From: Selaginella moellendorffii
Taxonomy: Eukaryota > Plantae > Lycopodiophyta
DNA length: 29,236 nucleotides
NCBI RefSeq assembly: GCF_000143415.4
Contig: NW_003314368.1
Coordinates: forward strand, 545,117 to 574,352
Direction: 5' to 3'
Shown here: positions 1 through 10,744 of the stretch, in pieces
Layout of the letters: the number at the start of each line of letters is the position of its first letter
Numbering within the stretch: position 1 is the stretch's first letter
Made by a program: the position numbers and the translations under genes
Notes under the pieces: generated by a model
Database searches by the model: none
The model's input: only the letters and a program-made list of their open reading frames with translations
Told to the model about the DNA's origin: nothing

Positions 1-537
1 AGACAAACTACCCGTCCGTACTTGAGCGAGCATGCCCGCATTTGAAGAATGTACGTTTTGGGCCGGCATTTTGTTCAAGACATCATACGCATCCTGAAAA
101 TGCCCAACTTTGGCATAAGCAGTAACAAGGCTGGTCCAGGACGCAATGTCCTTTGCTGGACTCTTATCGAAATAATGCTTTGCTCGATCATATAAAAGCT
201 CGCGGGAAAAAACACTTATAATCCCGTTCCAAGAAACGATATCTTTCTCTGGCATCCCATCAAACAGCGCTTCCACGTTTTGCAAATGCCCAATGTCGGC
301 ATAAGCAAGAAAAAGCGCGGTCCACGAAACAGCATTTCTCTGAGGCATTATTTCAAAAGCTCGTGTCGCTCGATCGATTAGTCGCGCTCGCAAAAGCCCC
401 GTAATTAGTATGTTCCAGGAGAAAACGTTTCTGTGCGATGTCTTGGAAAACTCAAGCTCCGCTTCAAGAATTCGCCCATGAAGAAAGAAGTGCTGGATTA
501 GCAGATTAGAGCGATAAGTAGCTTCGCGAGTAGCCAT
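1..537 (-). CDS. PLS-class pentatricopeptide repeat protein, N-terminal part (runs off the window)
   Basis: Not in the ORF track. Manual translation from ATG at 537 is open to base 1: MATREATYRSNLLIQHFFLHGRILEAELEFSKTSHRNVFSWNILITGLLRARLIDRATRAFEIMPQRNAVSWTALFLAYADIGHLQNVEALFDGMPEKDIVSWNGII..., i.e. ~31-aa PPR motifs. Confidence 0.9.
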   Translation of the reverse strand, partial: MATREATYRSNLLIQHFFLHGRILEAELEFSKTSHRNVFSWNILITGLLRARLIDRATRAFEIMPQRNAVSWTALFLAYADIGHLQNVEALFDGMPEKDIVSWNGIISVFSRELLYDRAKHYFDKSPAKDIASWTSLVTAYAKVGHFQDAYDVLNKMPAQNVHSSNAGMLAQVRTGSLS

Positions 538-566
538 TCCATTGCTAAGTCTTACTAACTTCCCGG

Positions 567-2171
567 ATGGCTATAGCTCCACCAAAGGATACTTTCTCGT
601 GGAATTTGATGCTCTCAAGGTCATCTAGCATCGAAGATGCCGAGAACATCTTTTATTCCATGCCACATCGTGACATTGTGTCATGGAATACCATGCTATC
701 GCTACTTGCCCGGCACAGCCATCACGACAAAGCCATGTCCACATTCCAGGCTATGCCGTACCACAACCAAATCTCATGGACCACGATGCTTCTAGTATAT
801 GCTGAGGGTGGGAATCTTCTCCAGACGCAGCGCCTCTTTGCGCAGATGCCACATCGGGATCTTATTTCCTGGAATGCCCTGCTCGGAGCATATACCCAAA
901 CAGGGCATATTCTCGAGGCTATTAGACTCTTTGAAAGAATGCCTCTGTGGAATCTCGTGTCGTACACAAGCATCCTGACATTGTATGGGCAGAGCGCGAA
1001 TCTTTTCCAAGCCAGAGACGTGTTTGAGAATATGCCCGAGCATAGCATCGTCACGTGGAACTCCATGCTAGCGGCATATGCCCGTGTCGGGCATCTAGAC
1101 GATGCGTGGACTACGTTCGAGAATATGCCCCAAACGGATCTCTTTACGTGGACCACCTTGTTAGTAGCCTGCTGCGAAAGTGGGAACATAGAACATGCCA
1201 AGAAAGTCTATGAGAAGATGCCAGAGGGATGCGTTGTGGCCTGGAATGCGATGGTGTCGGCCCTTGCCGAGAACGGGCATCTGGAAGATGCCGCGCGCGT
1301 GTTTGAGAATATGCCCGAGCACAGCATCGTTTCTTGGACCGCTATGGTTACGGCTTATTCTCGCAATGGCTTGCTAGAGCACGCGACAAGGGTTTTCGAT
1401 CTAATGCCGCATCACAACACGGTGGCGCTCAATGCGATGCTGGATGCCTACTCGTCGAGCGGCCACTGCGATCACGCCAAGCGCTTCTTCGATCGCATGC
1501 CACAGCGGAATCAGGTCTCCTGGAACACGATTCTGTGCGCGTTCTTGCGGAGCGGGCAGATCGACGAGGCCAGATCGCTGTTCTTCGGCATGCCGCGGGA
1601 CGAAATATCGTGGACGGCGCTCCTCGCCGCCACTGCGCAGCTAGGTCGTCTCGCCGCGGCCAAGAAGCTCTTTGATTCCATGCCGGAGCCTGGGATTGTG
1701 TCACAGGGGGCAATGCTGGCCGGATTCGCGAGCAGCGGCCATTCCACCGCGGTGATCGATCGATTTCATGAGATTCAGATGGTGCTGGAGCCGCGCCCGC
1801 TCTCCTTCCTCGCCGTGCTCATCGCTTGCAATCACACAGGCAAGACGTTCAAAGGGAGGAGCTACTTCGTGTCGATGGCGATGGATCACGGCCTTCGGCC
1901 GAGCAAGCAGCACTACTGCTGCGTGGTGGATCTCCTGGGCCGGGCAGGGCATCTGGATTTCGCCGAGGAGCTCATCGCGAGCATGCCATTCGAGCCAAAT
2001 ATTCTCGAGTGGACGTGCTTGCTGGGGGCGTGTCGAAGCTACAAGGATTCTTGCCGTGAATCACGTGTGATGCAGCGAGTGATGGAGCTCGATCCACGGA
2101 TGGGAGGCGGAGAGGCAGCGTCGGTGCTTCTCTCGAGCATCCATTTCATGGCTGGGCGGCTTAAATCTTAG
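567..2171 (+). CDS. PLS-class (E-type) pentatricopeptide repeat protein, probable organellar RNA-editing factor
   Basis: Intronless 534-aa ORF of tandem 31-aa motifs (MP.xxxVSWxxM...G...A...F). It ends in S2/E-like HYCCVVDLLGRAGHL...MPFEP...WTCLLGACR with no DYW domain. Confidence 0.95.
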   Translation: MAIAPPKDTFSWNLMLSRSSSIEDAENIFYSMPHRDIVSWNTMLSLLARHSHHDKAMSTFQAMPYHNQISWTTMLLVYAEGGNLLQTQRLFAQMPHRDLISWNALLGAYTQTGHILEAIRLFERMPLWNLVSYTSILTLYGQSANLFQARDVFENMPEHSIVTWNSMLAAYARVGHLDDAWTTFENMPQTDLFTWTTLLVACCESGNIEHAKKVYEKMPEGCVVAWNAMVSALAENGHLEDAARVFENMPEHSIVSWTAMVTAYSRNGLLEHATRVFDLMPHHNTVALNAMLDAYSSSGHCDHAKRFFDRMPQRNQVSWNTILCAFLRSGQIDEARSLFFGMPRDEISWTALLAATAQLGRLAAAKKLFDSMPEPGIVSQGAMLAGFASSGHSTAVIDRFHEIQMVLEPRPLSFLAVLIACNHTGKTFKGRSYFVSMAMDHGLRPSKQHYCCVVDLLGRAGHLDFAEELIASMPFEPNILEWTCLLGACRSYKDSCRESRVMQRVMELDPRMGGGEAASVLLSSIHFMAGRLKS

Positions 2172-2176
2172 GGTTT
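2169..2176. promoter_or_regulatory. telo-box (TAGGGTTT/AAACCCTA) overlapping the PPR stop and abutting the RNase H ATG
   Basis: Exact motif match; function inferred only. Confidence 0.4.
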
Positions 2177-4440
2177 ATGGGCAAGAACAGGTTCTACGCT
2201 GTGCGCCAAGGCCGCCAGCCGGGAATCTACACATCGTGGATGGAATGCCGGAAACAGGTGGGGATTTTGGAGAGAAATCGTTTCGCGATGCTCATGAGCG
2301 ATGCTTTCCAGGTCGATGGATTCGCCATGGCCGAGTACAAGAGCTTCTCTTTGAAAAGCGAGGCCAAGCTTTATCTTTCATCTCTCCAGCCCCAGCAAAA
2401 CTCTAAGAACAAGGTATTTTCGATCCAAATGTTGCCTAGAGAATGACTTGGGTGGATTTTTTTCTTTTTTTTCCAGCTTGTTCATCTTCTCCAGTATGAT
2501 GGTGCTTCTAAAGGCAATCCTGGAAAAGCTGGTGCTGGAGCATTGCTACGTGATCCGGACGGCTCAGTGGTTTGTAACATTGCGGTCCATGGTATTTGTA
2601 GTTTAAGAATGCGGGAGTTTTGCAGCTCCAGGAGCTGAGAATTGGCCTTGGCACCGCGACGAACAACTTTGCGGAGTATCAGGGACTCATTTTGGGATTG
2701 AAAGGAGCGTTGGCGCAAAACGTTACTCGTATTCGTGTCCAAGGGGACTCCAATCTCGTTTGCAAGCAGGTACGAGTGATGTCAAACAGGCATTTTTTTC
2801 TAAGATTTTGAAGGAAAGGTAGCTGGCATATGGAAAGTAAACAAGGACACTCTCAAGCCATTACACGCAGAAGCGCAATCGCTGTCGAAGAAGTTTACTG
2901 AGTTCACTATAGAGCACGTCGTACGGGTAATTGGTTTTTTGATCTCTTGGTTCAAACAGTAACATACCTTGCAGGAACTCAATAGTGCTGCAGACGATCT
3001 TGCGAATAAGGCCATCGATCTTAAACGTACGTCTCTAATGTTCTTTGCTGCCCTTCACTTACCCGAGATCCCTCAGCGCAAGAGGTTGTGAAAGATGTAA
3101 AATGTATAAAGCTACAGATCTCCGAGCCATCTCATCAGATCACCACTAAGAAAAACAAGAAAGAAGTTACTGAAGAGGTACATGAGTCATCTTATTGGAA
3201 ATAGTCTCATTTTTCCGTGTTATGGCAGTCTGTCTATGTGCTTGCGTACGATGGAGCTTCTAAAGGAAATCCTGGGAAAGCTGGTGCTGGAGCGCTGCTG
3301 CGCAATCCGAAGGGCTCAGTCGTATGCAAAAGCTAATTCCTGTTTCCCTTTCAAACAAGCTAGTCTGCAGATTGAAAAACTGTACATGGGACTAGGCACA
3401 GCGACAAACAATGTTGCAGAGTATGAGGCTCTCATACTCGGACTACAGGCAGCACTCGACCGGAACGTGACTAGCATTCAAGTATTTGGGGATTCCAACC
3501 TCGTTTGCAAGCAGGTATCGTCCATGTTCTAAACTTTAAGCCGTGCGTGACTCGAATTTTCCGAAGGTAGCAGGAGAATGGGCTGTGAGACATGAAGGCT
3601 TGAGAGCATTGCACGCGCAAGTACAGGCTCTTTCGATGCAGTTCACCACGTTCAGTATTCATCACGTTGACAGGGTATTACCTCTTTCTTTCTGGTATTC
3701 TACTCTCAAGTATGACTTAGGAAATGAACACTGAAGCGGACGCACTTGCAAACAAAGGAATCACTTTGCCATGTAGGTCTTCTCTTTAACCTTTCACGCT
3801 GCTAAAGTAATGCTTATATTCAGGCAGGACAATCGTAACGAGACCAACAAGAAAATCACCTCCTCACCAGCAACATCAAGTGGCAGAGTCTTCAACTGAA
3901 ATGAGCGCATTAACTCCTGACACTACAAGTACCGTAGAGGTTGGCAGTGCTGTTGCAAGGAAACTATCCACAAGAAGGAAGACAACGCAAGGGGAGAATG
4001 CGGAGCCTGTTGGACCTGACGCCTCAGATAAAGCTGGTGCAAATGCGAAGAGCCAATCGAAAAGAAACTCTGCAAAAAACATCAACAACAAAACCAACGC
4101 ACAAAACTCCGAGACAATTCAGAGGAAAGTAATGGTTGCAACGAGGACGGAAGCTTTAACACAGCAAACATGCGTTACGAAAAACGTAATGGACGCTGCT
4201 GTTGGGAGGTACGTCACAGTGGACGCAGCGCGCGGTAATCAAGTCCCAAGCAAACCATCGACTACTAAGGTTTCTTACAAGTCATACCACAGCTACTCGA
4301 CAATTTTCTCCAGATTTCCTACGAGGCCCGCGGTAACGTGTTTAATGCTTTATCTACTCCTTGACGTTCACCTTTTGTTTCTTTGTTGTCAAGGCCTGCA
4401 TTTCTGTTTTCAGGAGCCTCTCTACAATTGCAGTGAGTGA
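2177..4440 (+). CDS. Ribonuclease H1: N-terminal hybrid-binding (Cauli_VI-like) domain plus two tandem RNase HI domains and a low-complexity tail
   Basis: Hand-spliced GT-AG exons: 2177-2257, 2312-2413, 2477-2569, 2626-2769, 2819-2926, 2975-3026, 3077-3177, 3229-3321, 3371-3514, 3567-3674, 3721-3772, 3824 onward. The 3' end is uncertain (in-frame stop at 4440). Motifs: FYAVRQGRQPGIYTSW; YDGASKGNPGKAGAG, TNNxAEY, GDSNLVCKQV and N..AD.LAN each occur twice. Confidence 0.9.
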
Positions 4441-5246
4441 CAAACCTGTCTCTTTCTAGCTGAATTATCCTAAACTTTTGGAGTTGTGTCACAGGCTGTC
4501 GCACTAGTGAGGCGCTTTTGACCTCATCCGTTTGAAGGTTTGTGCTTATGCTGTTGTGGAACTGTTTTGATTCCCGTCGATCGTGGCCAGACGGCAGCTC
4601 TCGGTTTTGTATGCATGGCTTGCAGCTCCAGCTTTGTCGTAAGTCGGCTTTGTTTTCGTCACTGTTGGTCTAATCCAATCATGCAGGCCAGTCGTAAGCG
4701 TCCAATTGTTTCCTGTGACCAAGACGAGACCCGAGACCAGCCGCGACAAAAAACATCCGGCATGCCGCACCACAGGTACGGTTTTGAGGAAAAAGGAAGA
4801 AAAAGGGTAACGAGGTCGTGTCGTTGTGGACCCTCTTCAGATCCATGAAATGGACTTGCGAGCTGGACCCTGTTGTGCGTTTCTTTCAAGCAGTTATTTC
4901 GTTGAGTTTTACAGTGCAAGACTTACAGGGACCAGATGGTGAAACATCTAATCACTTGTCTACCTTGAAACCGAAACATTACGATTGCTCGGCCACTAAA
5001 CCATGCCGCTCGATGGATGAGATCACGTTATGACATACGAGACAATGAGCGAAACTTGGAAGACAAACGAAAACTTATATAGTATTATCAAAAGACATTA
5101 TCAAAAGACAAGGACGCGAAAAAACGCGAAATGCCCGAGCAAGGCATCCGAAAGAGGAAGAGCACGGCAAAGAGGACCACCAAAACCAAAAAGAAAAAGA
5201 AAAAGGAACGAACGAGGTACGAGAAAAGTCACTCTTTTCACTTGGC

Positions 5247-5909
5247 TCATGTCTTGCTGATCACTTCTTTCAGATGCTTGATCTCGCCATTGTCAACCTG
5301 GAAGGCAATCTCCAGCACCGCGTCCTCGATCGCCGGCATGGAAGCAAACACCGCCTTGGCAACCTGCGACGCTCCGGCGTTCTGGGACCCGAAAGCCGCG
5401 AGGCCAAACGCAGGAGAATCGCCCACATTGAGCTGGAAGTGGATGAGACCTTTGGGAAACACGAAGCTCTCACCGGCGGAGATGGTCTTGGCGAAGAGCT
5501 TGTTATCGGGGGCAGTGGTGACGAAGCCAACGTAGAGCTTTCCCTCGACCAGGAAGAGCAGCTCGGTGGCTCGCGGGTGGACGTGAGGAGGATTGAGGCC
5601 GCCGGGGGCGTAGTCGACGCGGGCACTGGAGACGCCCAGAGTGTTGAGGCCCGGGAAGCGAGCAGCGTTGGCGGTGGTGACGGCAGATCCCAGCTTGTTG
5701 GAGGTGTTGCCGGGCTTGGCGAGCGCGTTGGAGGAGAAGTGGTCCGGCGTGACCGCGGCACTGGGCAGGCAGACGAAGCCATTCACTTTGATGGTGGAGT
5801 TGACGTCGGCGACGCAGAAGTCCTGGAAGGGATCGGCATCGCCGCGGGCGATTTGGGCGGAGAATGCCGCGAGGATGGACAAGAGGAGCAAGAATTGGGC
5901 TGGAGCCAT
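5247..5909 (-). CDS. Germin-like protein (cupin), secreted
   Basis: 220 aa from ATG 5909: signal peptide MAPAQFLLLLSILAAFSAQIARG, then DPFQDFCVAD and germin boxes GLNPPHVHPRATE and FVFPKGLIHFQ. Intronless. Confidence 0.95.
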   Translation of the reverse strand: MAPAQFLLLLSILAAFSAQIARGDADPFQDFCVADVNSTIKVNGFVCLPSAAVTPDHFSSNALAKPGNTSNKLGSAVTTANAARFPGLNTLGVSSARVDYAPGGLNPPHVHPRATELLFLVEGKLYVGFVTTAPDNKLFAKTISAGESFVFPKGLIHFQLNVGDSPAFGLAAFGSQNAGASQVAKAVFASMPAIEDAVLEIAFQVDNGEIKHLKEVISKT

Positions 5910-6262
5910 ACTTTCCACCGGAGCTCTGGATTTGATGATCTTCCTCTTGGGCAGCGCGCGATGGATCCCTAGGAGACCTCTGGCGGTGTGAGGCCGTGAA
6001 GGGGAATTTATTTGAGCGGTGGGCATGGTGTCGCGAGACGGAGCTGGGTTTTAAAAATCAGATTTTTAATCGCAATCTCTCCACAGTGTTTGATCTTCTA
6101 CACTAGTGTCAATCGCCCGAAGAAACAGAGACTGCCATTAGCGCTACCTACCTTTTAGAAACTTTTTACCGCAAGCGAAAATGATGAGGTGGCTTTGTGA
6201 CTAAGCAAGATCTGGTCCACCTCAGCAACTTCAATGGCCACGTAAGCTTACACTTGGGAGTT

Positions 6263-6270
6263 TAGGGTTT
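6263..6270. promoter_or_regulatory. telo-box 9 bp upstream of the PPAT ATG
   Basis: TAGGGTTT exact match. Confidence 0.4.
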
Positions 6271-6279
6271 GATTGGGCG

Positions 6280-7118
6280 ATGGTGCTCGCCGTCACGAAG
6301 GATGGCGCGTATGCTGCCGTGGTTCTGGGCGGCACGTTTGATCGGCTCCACGGCGGCCACAAGATGCTCTTGAAGGTGAGCCAGCGAATTTTGCTAGCCG
6401 TGGTGTGGAAATCGGATCAGGGCTTGGGTTTTTGTCCAAGGCAGCGGCAGAGCTCGCGCGCGAGAGGGTTGTGGTGGGGATCAGCGATGGGCCAATGCTA
6501 GAGAACAAAGAGGTAAGATTTACTCCATTCTCTTCTCTCGTCTCATCTGCTATTTAATCTATCTTTTTTTTTTTCGTTTTGCTCTTGCGCTAGTTCGCGC
6601 ATTTGATCGAGCCTTACGAGAAGAGGAGCAATGCAGTCAAGGAGTTTATCAAGGTCCAGTCTTCTTGCTACATTTCTCATGGCTAACTTACTTCGTTTGT
6701 TTTTTCTTTCGTGTTTTTCGTCCTCTTTGCAGTCTGTGAAGCCGGATCTAGAAGTCCAAACTGAGCCAATACATGACCCGTATGGTCCATCCATAGTCGA
6801 CGAGGCACTCGAGGCCATTGTTGTAAGGTACAAGACGACGCTTTCGTTTTGTGTTATATCTCGTAAAACTGTACCTTTTTGTGTCTTTGCGTTTGTGTTT
6901 TCTCGGTATTCAGTCAAGAGACTCTGGGCGGAGGACTTGCTGTCAATAAGAAACGAGCTGAACGAGGCCTTTCCCAACTCAAGGCTAGTACAAATCTTTT
7001 CTGGGTTTTCCATGACGAGATTTGTCAGCAGGTTGAAGTCGTGGATCTGTTCATACTAGATGGAGGCGCGGAGAAACTGAGCTCCACGTTTCTGAGAAAG
7101 TTAGAAGCGGAGGCATAG
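6280..7118 (+). CDS. COAD: Phosphopantetheine adenylyltransferase (plant/archaeal type), 159 aa
   Basis: Exons 6280-6375, 6441-6512, 6594-6653, 6733-6827, 6914-6983, 7032-7118. Motifs [14 protein letters not shown] (HxGH), [38 protein letters not shown]. Confidence 0.93.
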
Positions 7119-7541
7119 CATTTACCATGATATCTGTTTTCTCTCATCGCTCGAGAGAACAAAATAAAAAATAAAAAGGTTTCAGTGACTTGTTTGCTAT
7201 CAAACTTCTGGGAAGGTGCAAATTATGATTCTGCTGAAACATAGAAACGCTTCTAAACACTCAAGGACTTGCCAGAGTTTTAAGTTGTCACCAATGAAAA
7301 CGAAACTGACACCCTTTGCTCACATACATAGCCTGTAAGTAGACTTGCCATTGATCCAGATTTTCTTCCTTGAGTACAGATTTCTTCTGGACTAAAGTTT
7401 ACTTCTGAGATTTTTGGTCACTTAAGAGTGTACATACGCACTCAACTTGAGTACATGTAAGGGAATGATGAAGTGGCTTTCATCTGTGACCACATTAACT
7501 TTATTGTATAGTAAAAGAACATTTAATCTAGATACCTAAAC

Positions 7542-7546
<5 letters not shown>

Positions 7547-7630
<84 letters not shown>
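7547..7630. repeat. (TA)42 microsatellite
   Basis: Perfect TA run. Confidence 0.98.
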
Positions 7631-7632
<2 letters not shown>

Positions 7633-8240
7633 GTTAAATTTTATTTATAAAAACACAGATTTTCTCCTCCAGCCGTCATAGAGCTTGTGAAGCAGAAAAC
7701 ATTCCTGGACGAGGCAGCTGCTGATGGCAAGGATGATCTTTCCTGGGAAGAGGCTGTGGAGCTTGCAAGTCAGCTGTATTATACTTATTTATTCATTTAA
7801 TTAGTACTTTATTTATTTATATAAGAAACACAAGTTCATAACTAAATAAAAAAGTATGTATAATTTTAGATTTATATATTTACTATTGTAATTTTTCTTA
7901 TTATAAATCTTTGTTTAACTTATAAGACTGAAGGTGTTGATGTTGATTGTATGAATAACGATTAGGAAAAACTTATGAGTTGTTGTCTATATGTTTATTA
8001 TAATAAGTATGGAAGAAAAGTAAATATTTTTATTGATTTGTTATTTCAAGAAGAAATTGATCCAATACTATCCTAGATATTTTAATTTTCTTATAAATCT
8101 GGTACAATACCAACTTATAGTATTTCCAGGTTTAGCAAAATATGTAAAAAAATGTGATTGGTCATTTATAGGTTGCTATCAGCATATAAATCATATTACT
8201 GTTGAATTTTTTTCTTTTGAATCCATTAAATAAAACTCTC

Positions 8241-8244
<4 letters not shown>

Positions 8245-8292
<48 letters not shown>
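8245..8292. repeat. (TA)24 microsatellite
   Basis: Perfect TA run. Confidence 0.98.
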
Positions 8293-8296
<4 letters not shown>

Positions 8297-9689
8297 TAAC
8301 ATATTAAATCATTTCACTATTAAATCAGTTTCTTAACAACCTATATCCAAGAAATTTATTAATAACTATAAAACAATTAAAAAACAAAATATTTAAAGAC
8401 CCTGAGAAGAGCAACTGTAAAATATACTGAACTATAATGTATTTTATTAAATCAAGTGAAAACTTAGAACATAGTAAAAGCATATAAAAAAATTAACCCT
8501 ATAAGCATATAATATAGGGATTCAGTCAATTAACATGGGTTTTTCTTCTAGTTAAACACTAATGATTTTAAATGTATAATCAGAATAATGAATATACAAT
8601 ATGCTATGGTGATTATAGTGATTGTATGACTATAGACTGTGCTACTTGTGAACTCATTTTTTACTTTCTGTTTTTTAGCCTTTAACATCTTTAGTGAGCT
8701 CTTTTTTATGAGAAATTCTTTGCTTAACTTAAATTCTGTAATTATTTTATAATTAGTGTTTTGATCCAAGAAATATTTAAGATGAACCTAAACAAGGAAT
8801 TTGTATCTAATCCTTTTTATCGAAGCCATACCATCCTAGATATTAAAAAGACCTCATAGTGCAAATATCAGCCTAGCAATGCTTTTCCAGCCTTTTGACA
8901 ATATAGATTAGTTTCTTTCTACTTCTTAGCAGCAATGTCATGTCAAGTAAAGAGCCACTAACAAGTGAGATATAAAATAAGTGCATGAACATCCAGCTTG
9001 CAATGCATTATAGATGCTGATATATGATCTTTGAAACACAGGTACTTTGGATATTATGGTAAATATACACTATTGATATAAAAAAGACCCAACAGATGGC
9101 AGTGGTTAGATTTATTACTCTAAAATACACTTAAATAATGTTGAACTAATTATCCTTTATTATTCCCTATTTATTATTCTCCAAATGAGATTTTTATAAT
9201 TTAAAAATCCCCTACACTCACTTCTAGCCTTTGGTGAAGGTCAAGCAAAATGTTTATGAACTTGCACATCTAGAGAAGAATTGGGAAGAGCTCTTGGCTG
9301 AGTTTATACAAATTGAGCACAAAATTCAACATACAAGGTCTTCAAAGTAAGAAACTAGTATGCAAAGTTTTCAAAGTGGCTAGAGACTATAATAGAAATT
9401 TCTGTTCATGAATATAAGTTTCTTATTGCATGCTTTATTTTTCTCAATCACACATATGTTTCTTTTGCAATGAACAAAAATCCAAATGACATGATTTATA
9501 ATATTGCAAAATTGAGGCTTCTATACAAGTAATAAATAGAAACTCTAGAGTTTCTCAATATTTTCTTGATGAACAGAAAGAAAAGATTGCTAAAAGTATT
9601 TGAGAATATAATGAGAAGGGTTGTTTACATCACATAAACTATAGGTGAAGGTGAGAAGTTCTTGGCACTGCATATTGGTGATGATTTAG

Positions 9690-10277
9690 TGTAAACAATT
9701 AAATTTTCCATTTTACTTTAATCACTTAATCACATCTCCAACCACTTGGAGGAATAATCTTTACAAGTCTTATTTTGGACTTGACTTGTTAGCCTTATAA
9801 ATGGCATATATGCCATTTAACCTTTGCACTTGTTATAAATGCTCCACATATCTGATCCTATGATCAACCCCCCAAATATACTATCGACATATCAACCTAT
9901 TACACTAAGGCCATATTTATTTACCCTTGCCTTATTAGTAATCCTAGACCACCCGTGCTATAGTCCTATCCCTCAAAGACTAGGCCATCCATCCATGAGT
10001 GGTCATCTCAAAACTACTCCTTAGCATTTTTAAGAGACCTAGAGACATAAGGAATAATCTTCTCCAACATCCCTTTTTTGATCCTCACCAAATCCCACTC
10101 CATCCTCGGCTATATTTGCCAACACTATTATTGGGCTAGGGCTTGAAGGCTCAACCACTACGTCCTATTGACTTCCAAGACTTCCTTGCTATATCACTAT
10201 ATCCTTAGTCATTACATAGGAAGACTACTCCTCTTCCTTTCCACAGTCTGGGATTTTGGGATAACATTTCAGAATAC
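9690..10277 (-). mobile_element. Old LTR, 3' half (solo or 3' LTR), interrupted by the DNA transposon
   Basis: Collinear with the reverse complement of ~24077-24675 (tgtaaacaattaaattttccattttactttaatcacttaa vs tgtaatcgactaatttttccattctactttagtcacttaa). Ends in CA on the minus strand with no PBS beyond it. Confidence 0.85.
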
Positions 10278-10281
10278 TATA

Positions 10282-10305
10282 AAGCTCTATTTTGTTAAAG
10301 TGGGA
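10282..10305 (+). repeat. Left TIR AAGCTCTATTTTGTTAAAGTGGGA (TSD TATA at 10278-10281)
   Basis: Reverse complement of 22670-22693 with one mismatch. Confidence 0.92.
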
Positions 10306-10744
10306 ATTGTCATTATCCCACTTGTAAAATAAGGTTTCCAAACCTTTATATAGTATATAAATATAACAAAATTCAACTGCATTGAGGCACATGCCATTTT
10401 ATTTTAAACAAGGAAATGTCTACTCAATCACTTCTCCTCCCCCTGCCACTGCTTCACCTCTCTCTTCTCCTTGTCATCGTCGTCCAATTTCTTTCCATCC
10501 TTTTAATATTGGCTCAGTTGCTCCGAGTCTAGGTGGAGCCCAAGTCCCCATTCAATCTTTACTTTCCCATTATTAATAAAACAACTTCGTAGACTTCCAA
10601 TAACATACTGTAACACTTCTAGTATAATGCAAATCCTCTCAAAGAATTGTCTTTTAATATTAATACAATGGCATGGAACCCCATGCCATAATAAGTTACA
10701 TTTTTAAATAAATACATGCCATCTCAGACTGTTATTTTTTGCCT

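Noticed and set aside
722-2070. Short ORFs overlapping the PPR gene
   Set aside because: Shadow frames of a clear CDS.
4681-5260. Possible small gene (MQASRKRP...; Lys/Arg-rich ORF 5030-5260)
   Set aside because: No recognisable domain or convincing splice model. The basic ORF is the antisense of the germin T-rich 3' UTR.
5131-5991. Long antisense and alternative-frame ORFs over the germin gene
   Set aside because: Expected shadows of GC-rich codon usage; no recognisable motifs.
5910-6026. 39-codon N-terminal extension of the germin ORF
   Set aside because: The signal peptide starts at the ATG at 5909; the extension looks like UTR or promoter.
9801-9816. atggcatatatgccat (and its LTR counterpart near 24538) as a member of the palindrome family
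   Set aside because: It has similar arms but is only 16 bp, lacks the GGCC core and belongs to the LTR. Probably coincidental.
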